DNA from: Octopus sinensis
Lineage: Eukaryota
Length of the DNA: 64,000 nt
Direction of reading: 5' to 3'
NCBI RefSeq assembly: GCF_006345805.1
Contig: NC_043014.1
Coordinates: forward strand, 558,001-622,000
Position 1 is the stretch's first letter; every line of letters starts with the position of its first letter. Under the pieces are notes generated by a model. It was not told the DNA's origin. It ran no database searches and was given only the letters and a program-made list of their open reading frames with translations. The translations under genes and the position numbers were made by a program. Shown piece by piece: positions 1 through 11,236 of the stretch.

Positions 1-1245
1 CATAATTGAAATTACACCACAAATTTCGTAAACATTTATCGTGCTGTGAAACCTTCCAGATAACCACAATTTCGACTGTGTTCCCACTCAAACCTTCCCT
101 AATAAACAAGCATAGGCATAGGAAAACTGCACCAACATACATACCCCCACCCGCACACAGCCATATACATATATACACTCGCATGCACTGCATCCGCAAA
201 CATTTGCATATACATACATACACACTCATATATGTATTGATATATATATAAAAAGAAACATATACACATATATCCACCCATGAATATATATATATATTCA
301 TATGCATACATATATACATACACGCATGAACTTATGTAGACATATCCACATATACGTACGAAATTACAGATATACAAGTCTGCCCACAGCTTTGCATATA
401 TATACATTCATAACCAAACAACCGAAGGACATATAAACACATATACAATATACAGAAAGTGTTATTAAATATAAAATGTAAGATATAAATTTATTATAAA
501 TTAAATTAATTATAAATTAATAGGTGCCTGTAACTAAAAAAAATAAATAAAAGTTAAAAAATAAAAAATAATAAATAATAAATAATGAATAAAAAATAAA
601 ATAATATAAAATAATAATAATAGTAATAATAAAGAAGAAGAAAAAAAAAGATAAATAAAATAAAATACAAATTTAGACGTATACAAAGAGAACTCAATAT
701 ATAAAACTGCCAAACAAATACATGGAAAGCTTACTAGGAAGATATATATATATATATACAATCACATATATCAACATACATATACACATGTATGCGTAGA
801 CTAATACATACACCTACACATAAACATATACATATACATATATATACATATACATACACACAAAATATAAGTAAATATATACATACATACTTATCCAAAA
901 ATAAACACTGTATACTAAATATAGACCCATAGTAGTTACGTATCAGTATAACAAAGTCCCAAACCAACAGCCTAAGATATGATACGTGTATACACCCGAC
1001 ACCAATGGAAAACTCCATGAAGATCAAAATACCATGTATATATCAGAATATACATATATATTTCAATATATTTTCAAGCCGAGACAAAAACAATCAATAC
1101 AGAACACATATATGGAGATATAAAATTATAAATTATAATGTCCAAGAGCACAATCCGATATAGAAAAATGTTAAAAAATTACTGGTAAAAAAACTAGGTG
1201 CTATTTAAATCTAGAGAAGGTATACGCTAGTCTGTGAAGGCAAAA

Positions 1246-1520
1246 TTAATTCCGCTCATTAATATTATTAATAATGGGTAGGCCAGCTTTGATGATGAAG
1301 AAAATTTCATTGATACATAAAGAGCATTTTTTATGTCTATTATTATATACTGGTGCGGAAGTGAGTATTTTCCAATTTAAGTCAAAATCTATATTCTTGC
1401 TCTTAAGTTCCCAAATATAAGTACTTAACCCCGTAGAATTCATCCTATTTTTATTTTTAAATGTGTATCTATGATAGTTTAGTCGTTTCATACTATTTTT
1501 AGTCACACCAATGTACACCC
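1246..1520 (-). mobile_element. Penelope-like element (Neptune-type) C-terminal GIY-YIG endonuclease fragment
   Basis: YIGVTKNSMKRLNYH...STGLSTYIWELK...WKIL...KKCSLCINEIFFII, the usual C-terminal PLE endonuclease pattern with CxLC. Confidence 0.85.
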
Positions 1521-1634
1521 TACATATTGTATCATATTACTCATTGATGTACATGGTGGATTTTGAAAAGTTATAGCATATAGACTCGAAGCATGGTTAT
1601 TAGTGCTTCGTGACTATATGGTAGTCCTTAGTTT

Positions 1635-1711
1635 TCTGCTGAAGAGGCACGCCAGTTGTAAATAAATTTAATTTATTTACTAAAGATTGCCGAAACTATG
1701 CATAGTCCAGA
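1635..1711 (+). ncRNA. Type I hammerhead ribozyme with intact core and palindromic helix III
   Basis: tctg-CTGAAGA-GGCA...TGCC-GAAA-CTATGCATAG-TC-caga: helix I tctg/caga, helix II GGCA/TGCC extended by GTAAATAAAT/ATTTATTTAC, helix III ACTATGCATAGT, GUC cleavage after 1707. Confidence 0.85.
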
Positions 1712-2231
1712 TAGGAAGGGGTAAACGTTTTTATTTCTCTTTCCATTTCAGAATTACAACTATTAGTGGTTTGGAGTTTAACTGCTGTTTCTAGTGAGTC
1801 GAATGTCCTATTATGGCCATTTCTTATATATATGAATATATTTATATATATATATATATATATATATGTTAATAAAATAGAACATATGCATATATATAAA
1901 CATATATGTACGTACCTACCTCTACATGTACATATACACGCATATATGTGTACAGGACACCAAAAAGACGTCGAACACATAGAGAGACGAAACACATAGA
2001 CACAAACCAAGGAACAAGACAAGCAAAAAAAAGAGAGATACAGGACAATAAGCACAACGAAAAATCCCCTTCTTCAGTCGCTAAGGTTTCATCTACTAAA
2101 CGTTTCGAAGGATAAAAGCGAGACGTATACTTCGAAGAAAACTTCCTTCCCGCGAAAAGCAAATCTTTTCGCAGAGGGGTAAAAAAAAAAGGCAAGACGG
2201 TAACGACAGTATATATATATATATATATATA

Positions 2232-2480
2232 TCATCATCATTTAACATCCGCTTTCCATGTTAGCATGCGTTGAACGATTTGACTGAGGACTGGCAAACA
2301 AGATGGTTGCACCAGGCTCCAATCTGATCTGGCAGAGTTTCTACAGCTTGATGCCCTTCCTAAGGCCAACCACTCCGAGAGTGTAGTGGGTGCTTTTACA
2401 TGCCACCAGCACAAGGGCCGGTCTGGCGGTAATGGCAACAGCCACGCTCAAATGGTGCTTTTTATATGCCACCTGCACAG
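2232..2480 (-). repeat. RTE 3'-tail repeat; further copies at about 5213-5660(-), 9375-9565(+), 17250-17558(+), 19813-19962(+), 32380-32730(-), 41585-41755(-), 57998-58240(-), 62055-62260(-)
   Basis: Shared core like gtttctacagctggatgcccttcctaacgccaaccactcc and (CAT)n/(GAT)n tail matching the 3' end of the RTE at 9180-9347. Confidence 0.85.
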
Positions 2481-2689
2481 GAGTTTTGCTATAGAAGAGA
2501 TACATGGCTGCCTCATATCAGGGTGTGAGTAGCTGGGAAGAAGATAATAAAGTTAGAAGTGATGGAGTACAAGAGAAATCTCAAGGGAAAAGAGTATATA
2601 TGTATATATGTATGCATGCATCCACCTATCCATCCATCTGTTCGTCAATCCGTCCGTCCGTCCGTCCGTCCTCCATTCCATCCATCCAT

Positions 2690-4864
2690 CTATCTATCTT
2701 TCTCTGAAGAACAAAGCAATTCAAAGAGTCTTAACAGTTCTATGTTGTTCTTGTTCTTGTAGTCGACATTAGGAAAACTTTGTAAATGTTTGGCTATCTC
2801 AGAACTGTTATTGCTGTTTACCAGAAAAATCTTTCCAGTTTTCAGTTTTCGGTTTTTCATAATTTCCACGGCATATTTCGTTTCAGATAAAATATCCTTG
2901 GAATAAAAGATTCCAATATGGCAGCTGTCTTCCATTACTTTATTAACATTTACCATTTTTCCTATTCCTAGAGTGAAATCAGAGTCTCCGTAGCTAGTTT
3001 GCAATCCAAAATATGTCACCAAACTCTCTGCTAGATGTTTAGCATCACCATTATCACTTTTGGATGTTAAAATGTAGACATCATATTGAAAGAAAGGAAT
3101 CTTTGATGAGCCAACACTACCTGCTTTGTGTTCAGATTCTTGGGAATGGCCAAAGCAAAGTTTGTAATATTTTTTGAAAATTATCGTAGCTACCTTCTGT
3201 CTCTTTCCATAGAACTCTTTAGCATATTGAAGATAAATTGTTTTCCTCAGGTCGACATCAATTTCACTTTGTTGACAACCAGAAAACTCTAAATGGAGAA
3301 AAGCTTGTTGAAATTCCTCCTGTCGGCATAACAATCGTAATTTTTGTGAAAGTTCATTTCCACCGCATTCTTTGAGAAGTTTTGGGAAAATTCCTCCCTC
3401 ATCAGGCAATTCTTTTATAGACTGAATTAATTTCATTAGATTACTTTTGTATTCGGTGTCAGCAAATTTATAAATTCCTTCCATTATCTTTTTGATTTCC
3501 CAAATTTTTTTCTGTCTTTTATTGAGCACCAGAATCTCAGATAAATGATTGATGGCACAGACAAACATATCCGTACCAACATCTATTAAATCTTGTTTCT
3601 CTTCTTCACTTTCTTTTTTGTCAGCCAGAAAAAAACAAAATTTTCCATATTGAATGAAGTATTTGATTGTGTCCCAAATGTTCAAAACTGAAAAGTCAAT
3701 ATCTTCAAAACATTTCATCGCATTTTCATATTCGCGCACACTTCTGTATAACAAGGCTAGGTCATACATGACATGTAAATTCTGAGGATCCAGACTGTAA
3801 GCTCTTTTAAAATGGTATTCAGCCTTATCCACATTTTCATTTCTTTCAATATCAGGTATTCTCTCAGGACATTTTAATATTCGTTTTTCTACTTTTAATT
3901 CTTTTAGTTCTTGTGTTTCACAATTGGAGAAGGGTAATTCTTTAACGCACAAATCTTTGTATTCAGGAATTTGATTTTTATAAATAATACCAAGATGATG
4001 ATGTGAAAGTGAGGTCTCATTTCTTTTAACGGCTTCCTCTAGCAATTTCTGTGCATCTTCATACTTACCTATCGATAAATAGAAAGTAGCACTTTTTTCC
4101 ATTACAAATCGGTCTTGAGGAAACATACTACAAGCTCTCTGGAAATATTCAATTGTTCTCCAATTACGAGAACGGAAAAAAGCAGTATTTTCAAGAGATC
4201 CTAGCAAAGCCAAAGTTTTAGCCATTAGATGATCATTAACATAACAAGGATAATTAGAAGTAATTCTTTGAAGAATTTCAGTAGCTTCCTTTGAAGATTT
4301 TTCTATCTTTTCTTTATCATATAATATCCTCATCCTACGATAAATTAGCAGAGCCAGGCGAAAAAGCCAAAAGTAATTGTTTGGGCAAACCTGAAGAGCT
4401 TCTTTGAAAAGTTCAATGGCACGTTGATAATGGTGAAAAGATATTCTAGAAATGCAACAGGCAATTTCAGCTTTACCTCTCGCTTCCAATGAAGGGAAAT
4501 TGGGGCTGCTTTTTAAAGTGTTCAGTTTGTCCAGCACTCTATCGACTTCAGGGAAATTTTCATAATGCACGAACATTAACGCTTGGTTTGTTAATGCCAA
4601 CAAGTTATCCGGATCTTTTCCCAGTATTTCAATGGAGATTTCCTTGGCCAATATTTGCTCATGTAGAGTCCAAAGGAGGAAGACTTTAGCATGTTGGTTG
4701 CAAATTTCTTCTTGTAAATCAAGCAAAATCTCATTTCTTAAGGCATTTTCAACTTTTTGCAACTTGGCCTTAAGTGCATTCACTTTAAGGTTAAAACATT
4801 CTTCCAGCATGTTTGGAAATTCTTCAACTTTTATCCTGTAAAATTTTATTTTTTCATCAGAGTC
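2690..4864 (-). CDS. Large terminal exon of a TTC22/IFIT-like TPR-repeat protein with C-terminal TIR-like domain
   Basis: Uninterrupted 724-codon frame starting after the acceptor ttcttttctttacccag. TPR-like units: RAIELFKEALQVCPNN, YEDAQKLLEEAVKRN, KAEYHFKRAYSLDPQN, YENAMKCFE. TIR-like boxes YDVYIL and GLQTSYGDSDFTLG at about 2720-3095. The first 24 aa of the ORF-track protein are probably intronic. Confidence 0.88.
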   Translation of the reverse strand, partial: DSDEKIKFYRIKVEEFPNMLEECFNLKVNALKAKLQKVENALRNEILLDLQEEICNQHAKVFLLWTLHEQILAKEISIEILGKDPDNLLALTNQALMFVHYENFPEVDRVLDKLNTLKSSPNFPSLEARGKAEIACCISRISFHHYQRAIELFKEALQVCPNNYFWLFRLALLIYRRMRILYDKEKIEKSSKEATEILQRITSNYPCYVNDHLMAKTLALLGSLENTAFFRSRNWRTIEYFQRACSMFPQDRFVMEKSATFYLSIGKYEDAQKLLEEAVKRNETSLSHHHLGIIYKNQIPEYKDLCVKELPFSNCETQELKELKVEKRILKCPERIPDIERNENVDKAEYHFKRAYSLDPQNLHVMYDLALLYRSVREYENAMKCFEDIDFSVLNIWDTIKYFIQYGKFCFFLADKKESEEEKQDLIDVGTDMFVCAINHLSEILVLNKRQKKIWEIKKIMEGIYKFADTEYKSNLMKLIQSIKELPDEGGIFPKLLKECGGNELSQKLRLLCRQEEFQQAFLHLEFSGCQQSEIDVDLRKTIYLQYAKEFYGKRQKVATIIFKKYYKLCFGHSQESEHKAGSVGSSKIPFFQYDVYILTSKSDNGDAKHLAESLVTYFGLQTSYGDSDFTLGIGKMVNVNKVMEDSCHIGIFYSKDILSETKYAVEIMKNRKLKTGKIFLVNSNNSSEIAKHLQSFPNVDYKNKNNIELLRLFELLCSSEKDR

Positions 4865-5009
4865 CTGGGTAAAGAAAAGAAGAAAAAAAGTTAAACCTGC
4901 ATAACATCCCACTGTATTAATATTGTCATTATACAAGTGAGATATACTGCTAGAGGGGCATGAGAGGTGGAGAGGGGAAGATAGATGGGGGGGAGGGAGT
5001 AAAGGTGGG

Positions 5010-5049
<40 letters not shown>

Positions 5050-7287
5050 AAGTAAAAGCAACTGAAAGAAAAGATGTTCACATTCTGGTAGAGAAATGGT
5101 CTCCACCTGGAATAGACTTTGCCTCTCTTTTCTTTTTGTAATGTAACCTGCTGCTTCTTTTCCCTGCAATGAAGATAACGACAAAATGTTTCCCTTCACT
5201 TCTTCTAATTGTCATCATCATCATCATCATCGTTTAACGTCCGTGTTCCATGCTAGCATGGGTTGGACGATTTTGACTGAGGGCTGGCGAACCAGATGGC
5301 TGCACCAGGCTCCAATCTTGATCTGGCAGAGTTTCTACAGCTGGATGCCCTTCCTAACGCCAACCACTCTGAGAGTGTAGTGCGTGCTTTTTATGTGCCA
5401 CCGGCACAGGTGCCAGTAAGGCGGCACAGGTGCCAGTAAGGCGGCACAGGTGCCAGTAAGGCGACACTGGTAACGATCACGCTCGAATGGTGCCCTTTAC
5501 GTGCCACCAGCATGGAAGCCAGTTGGCTGCTCTGGCAACGATCACACTCGGATGGTGCTCTTTGCACCCCGCTAGCACGGATGGTGCTCTTTGCACCCCA
5601 CTAGCACGGATGGTGCTCTTTGCACCCCACTAGCACGGATGCCAGTCATCGAATTTGATTTCATGCAGAAATATTACTTATACCTGTATTCCACCAAGGT
5701 TGACTTTGCCTTTTATCCTGTTGCGGTTGATTAAAAAGTACCAGTTGAACATTGGGGTCAATGCAATCGACTTCTCCCTTGTACCAATGTTTGAAACCAA
5801 TATTGTTTACACCTGTCAAATCCTCAAATGTCTACAAAAATTTTCTCGTCTGTTCTTTGACATCTCTAAAATAAGGTGTAAAACAGCAATTTACACAATT
5901 TAATAAAACAGAAAGGATGAGACAACCATGTGACAAGCAACAGGTATGTGGATTCGGTTTCCAATCTTGAGTAACCACAGGAGGAAATGGTCACTCACAA
6001 TATTCCCCACCTAAAGAGTTTCTGAAGAAAAGGAGGATCTAGGGAAAGTGAGTAAAAGAGAAAATGCAAGTGGAGAAAACTAAGAAATATACAGTGAACG
6101 TGTGCGAGATTGGAGTGCATGTGGAATGGTAGAAAGTATAGGTTTCAGAACATCGAGTAAGGAAAACAATTGCATGAATGTGAATTAGGCATAAAAGGAA
6201 AAACAACGCAGAAAATTGTGGAAAGTATGAAGCATTTTGTTTTCAGATGAATGTGATGCGAAACTGAGAAAAATTGTGCATATCAAGAGAGAGAATCGTG
6301 TAAATGTATACGGGAACAGGTATCTATTCAGGTGAGTTCGAATAGTGATGTATTGCTTTGTGTATGAATTGTGCAGTATTTGCATTCCTGGATCAGCGTG
6401 CATGCGAGTGTGCATACACGAGCAATAGAGAGTGCAGCTGCAAAAGTGGCTAAGTGCATTCTCAATCAATGACGTGAGGTAGAATTTTCTAGGTAGGTGT
6501 GCATGCTATGTGAAATAGCAGATTGTTATTTCTATCATTGCACACAGGTGTAAATCATAATTACCTTTGTTTATTTCTTACACCATGTTACCCTCTCTTT
6601 AAATAAATCTGTGTTATGTTAACCCGCCCCCCCCACCGCCGCCCTCCAAAATGCCTTCTTCTGATCATCTCATTTCCACACATTTACAAGATCCAGTAAA
6701 AGTGATATCAAATCAGTGGATGACGTCAGGTAGCCAGAACAGTGAAAGTGCTTGAATTGTTATAATAGTAGCCATATACACAAAGTTCAAATGATTACTT
6801 GTGAGTGTGTGTGTGTGTGTGTGTGTGTCTGTATATATATCATCATCATTATCATCATCATCATTCAGTGTTTTAAATCTGGGTTTTGTCCCCATTAACG
6901 GGGGTGGCTGGATCTACCTCAATGCCATAGCAACTGACGTTGGCAGATGCAGCCCACCCCAACCTTTGGGCTGCCTGGTGCCCATTCCTTTTTGCTATCA
7001 TGAGGCTCGTTAGGTGGTGTATTTTCTACAGGGAGCATGCTTAGTCCCAACCTTAGTTTCTAGGCATCAGCGGTCCCAAGACCAAGGGCTCCACCATGAT
7101 TTGTTAGAAATGAGGTGGAAAGCTAGCTTAGGAAGACAGGTATGCTACACCCTGGAACCCCTTTTGGAGCCCCTTCCCTACATACATATATATATATATA
7201 GTTGAAATTTAAAGAAAAACAAGACGAAAACAGGTGTATAAACAACAAGCAGGTGTATTAGTTTGACACTCAGGAAGATGAGAAAGT

Positions 7288-7322
7288 CTTTTACGTTTCG
7301 AACCTACGCTCTTCAACAGAAA
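7288..7322 (-). ncRNA. Minimal hammerhead-like motif with A6U core (PLE pLTR fragment about 7200-7385)
   Basis: cttt-CTGTTGA-A-GAGC-GTAG-GTTC-GAAAC-GTA-aaag. Confidence 0.55.
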
Positions 7323-7389
7323 GGAACACGAGGAAATAAACAGAGAGAATAAAAAAACCTTGTGGAGTTAGCGGTCAATCATGGCGATT

Positions 7390-9347
7390 AAGCCAACTAA
7401 TTAGAGAGAGAGTTAGTTTAGATGAGATGCAGTTTGGGTTCGTGCCAGGGAAAAGTACCACTGATGCTATATTCCTGGTAAGGCAGCTGCAGGAGAAATA
7501 CCTAGCCAAAGATAAGCCCCTGTACCTGGCTTTTGTTGACATGGAGAAAGCCTTCGACAGGGTCCCTCGATCCCTCACATGGTGGTCAATGAGGAAACTA
7601 GGAATAGATGAATGGTTAGTGAGAGCTGTGCAAGCCATGTACAGGGACGCTGCTAGTAAGGTGAGGGTTGGCAATGAGTACAGTGAAGAATTCCGGGTAG
7701 AGGTAGGGGTCCACCAAGGCTCAGTCCTCAGCCCCCTCCTATTTATCATAGTCCTCCAGGCAATAACGGAGGAATTCAAGACAGGATGCCCCTGGGAGCT
7801 CCTCTATGCTGATGACCTTGCTCTAATTGCTGAGTCATTATCAGAACTGGAGAAGAAGTTTCAGGTGTGGAAGCATGGTTTAGAATCGAAGGGCCTTAGA
7901 TTCAACCTAGCTAAAACCAAAGTCGTAATAAGTAGGAAGGTAGACAAATCACAAACGCCTTCAGGTAGATGGCCCTGCTCGATCTGTAGAAAAGGTGTAG
8001 GTAGAAACTCTATAAGATGCACCAAGTGTAAGCTATGGACACATAAGAGGTGCAGCAATGTCATAGGAAGGCTAACTAGGAAGATGGTTTTTGTATGTGG
8101 CAGATGCTCGGGAGCATTAACCTCTGAAAATCTGCAGAAAACAACTTCCGTCACTTTCCAGGGGGAAAAACTAGAAGTAGTTGATAGCTTCCGTTATCTT
8201 GGTGACCAAGTCAGTAGTGGGGGTGGGTGTGCTGAAAGTGTAACGGCTAGAGTAAGAATAGCCTGGGCAAAGTTTAGGGAGCTCTTACCTCTGTTGGTGA
8301 CTAAAGGCCTCTCGCTCAGAGTAAAAGGCAGACTGTATGATGCATGTGTACGAACAGCCATGCTACATGGCAGTGAAACATGGGCCGTGACTGCTGAGGA
8401 CATGCGTAAGCTCGCGAGAAATGAAGCTAGTATGCTCCGTTGGATGTGTAATGTCAGTGTTCATAGTCGACAGAGTGTAAGTACCTTGAGAGAAAAGTTG
8501 GACCTAAGAGGCATCAGATGTTGTGTGCAAGAGAGACGATTGCGCTGGTATGGTCATGTGGCGAGAATGGATGAAGATAGGTGTGTGAAAAAGTGCCACA
8601 CCCTGGCAGTTGAGGGGACCTGTGGAAGAGGTAGACCCAGGAAAACCTGGGTCGAGGTGGTGAAGCACGACCTTCGAACTCTAGGTCTCACCAAGGAAAT
8701 GACCAGAGACCGAGACCTATGGAAGTATGCTGTGCGTGAGAAGACCCGGCAAGACCAGTGAGAACAATCAAAATCAAATCATATATCAGAAAGCAGGGGT
8801 TAAGTGACCCATCCATTCGTGTCCGCTGTCAGCCTCGTCTGGCACCCGTGCCGGTGATACGTAAAAGCACCGTCCGTTCGTGGCCGTTTGCCAGCTCTGT
8901 CTGGCCTCGTGTCGGTGGCACGTAAAAGCACCATCCGTTCGTGTCCGTTGCCAGCCTCGGCTGGCCCCCGTGCCGGTGACACGTAAAAGCACCGTCCGTT
9001 TGTGGCCGCTTGCCAGCTCTGTCTGGCAACCGTGTCGGTGGCACATAAAAGCACCATCCGTTCGTATTCGTTGTCAGCCTCGGCTGGCCCCCGTGCCGGT
9101 GACACGTAAAAGCACCATCCGTTCGTGGCCGTTCGCCAGCTCTGTCTGGCACCTGTGCAGGTGGCACGTAAAAAACACCCACTACACTCGCGGAGTGGTT
9201 GGCGTTAGGAAGGGCATCCAGCCGTAGAAACACTGCCAGATCTGACTGGGCCTGACGAAGCCTTCCAGCTTCACAGACCCCAGTTGACCCGTCCAACCCA
9301 TGCTAGCATGGAAAGCGGACGCTAAATGATGATGATGATGATGATGA
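7390..9347 (+). mobile_element. 5'-truncated RTE-clade LINE with intact RT/PHD/C-terminal ORF (to 8761) and 3' UTR ending in (GAT)n
   Basis: QFGFVPGKSTTDAIF, FVDMEKAFDRV, GVHQGSVLSPLLF, LLYADDL, RLRWYGHVARM, RGRPRKTW; no stop codons; 3' UTR has about 60-bp subrepeats. Confidence 0.93.
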
Positions 9348-9562
9348 TATATATATATATATATAAAATTTACATGCAGGTGGCACATAAAAAGCACCCA
9401 CTACACTCACGGAGTGGTTGGCGTTAGGACGGGCATCCAGCTGTAGAAACACTGCCAGATCAGACTGGAGCCTGGTGCAGCCTTCTGGCTTCCCAGATCC
9501 CCGGTCGAACCGTCCAACCCATGCTAGCATGGAAAATGGATGTTAAACGATGATGATGATGA

Positions 9563-9607
<45 letters not shown>

Positions 9608-9773
9608 CATACATACACCTCTGCCACTATCTGGCATATACAGGTGCTTACACTTATCAAGTATTCACCCTAAATTTACAGTACCTACATATATATACAT
9701 ATATATATATACATATATATATATATTTATATATACTCGTCTTTCCATACACCCTATCTGTACCTTTTTAAAA

Positions 9774-9990
9774 TCCATTAATGCCCTTTTTTTTTTAATG
9801 AAAATATTCATTTAAAATAATTTCATAAATTTGGGCATCAAAAAACTTTCTGAAGATAAAGAATAATAATTTTTCTGACCATATTTGGCATCAAAGCCAT
9901 GCTTTGATCATTTATACATTGTGCTAGATTCATGTGAGCATAACAAAGTAAAGAATTCAAAAATTTTGGTGGTGGGCATTAATGGGTTAA
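9774..9990. mobile_element. TTAA/piggyBac-like MITE; a similar TTAA-flanked element at 42572-42804
   Basis: ccattaatgccc...gggcattaatgggTTAA inverted ends. Confidence 0.5.
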
Positions 9991-11236
9991 GAGTGGAGGA
10001 TTTGCATATGCATAAACACATACATACCAGCAGGTTGGCAAGCTGAGAATGGATGTTGGGCCCAAGGTGGGTTAAGAAGATGCAGTGTGGAGAGTGGCTG
10101 CTGGACAACAGAGGATTGTAAAGAAGCTGACCCTGGGCTCAGCAGGCATCCAATGGGCGGAATATGGATATCTTTCGATGAAATCTTACAGAAGCACCTT
10201 TCAAATGGCATAGATTACGATTATAAAGAAATCTGCACGGGAAAATGTTTCCCTGAAAGTTAAGAGGGGAAAAATCGGATTGTGTGAATTTTCCGAAAGC
10301 CCTACCACCACCCACACCCTATTCATTTGCACAAATTATTGTTTCCATATAATTTGTTTCCTACACGTTTTTTGTACACCTATTAGACTGGTTTTTTTTT
10401 TGTTTGTTTTGGTGACCGGGCACCAGTGGTGGTTCGTGGATGAAATTAGTCGGGGTTGCTGCTTCAGAAAGTTTTTAGCCGTTGTTTTAACATTGGGTAA
10501 AAGGAAACAAACATATAAAAAGAAAATTTATACAACTTGACCCGGAAACGAAAATCAGACAAAAAATAGTGAAATGGGCGTCAAAAAAAGTGTAGGAAAC
10601 GAATATGAAAAGGTGGTTAGGTGTAAACATTAACCCGGGTCAAATCCTAAAAACTAACCCAATCCGTTAATTCTTGGAAAATGTAACAAAGTTAACGTTA
10701 ATCCGTTTACGGTAACTTTTATTGTCAAAGGCATAACTACAGTTTAATACCCCACCGATTTTGTTGCCTCGTAACTTCCAGAAAAGTGGATACTTTTTAA
10801 CTAAACTTTCACCAAATAATCCTGAAGATTAAGTGTGTGTAATAGATTTGTTTGAAAACATTTCCGAGGGGTTAGAGAGAGGAGTTTCGGAAAATTCACA
10901 GGACCCGACATTTTCCCGTCAATATACAGTTTCACACCTGTAGCATGTCTGTATTAGCTTTAGTTAAAACATGCATTTCTGGACTTCAAGGTGGGCTCAA
11001 GCGACACTGTCAGTTTACAGTTTTACTCAGTCTGTGATTTGGCTGAATTCACTCGCTTCCTCGGACAGTCGTTCTCTGTTATGTCCGCATTCCATCCAGT
11101 TCCCTGACTTCCTCGCTTCACTTTCAAGGGACACCCGGCATGCTGTTTTCTTCCATCGCCGTTTATGATGGCCTTTCTCACACAAGAACAATCGGTAACG
11201 TAATGTAGGCAGTTTGAAAGGTATTTATATAATATA

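Noticed and set aside
6-1027. Tyr/Ile/His/Cys/Val-rich short ORFs here and throughout the window
   Set aside because: Translations of (TA)n, (CA)n, (GA)n and (CAT)n microsatellites.
1575-1625. Hairpin as a SECIS element
   Set aside because: No AUGA/GA quartet on either strand and no in-frame UGA in the endonuclease fragment.
4865-4936. ORF-track N-terminus MYNDNINTV...
   Set aside because: The start codon is TTG, not ATG, and the segment runs through a polypyrimidine tract and acceptor; intronic.
10971-11170. GC-richer unique segment as an exon or small gene
   Set aside because: No recognisable peptide and no phase-compatible splice pair found.
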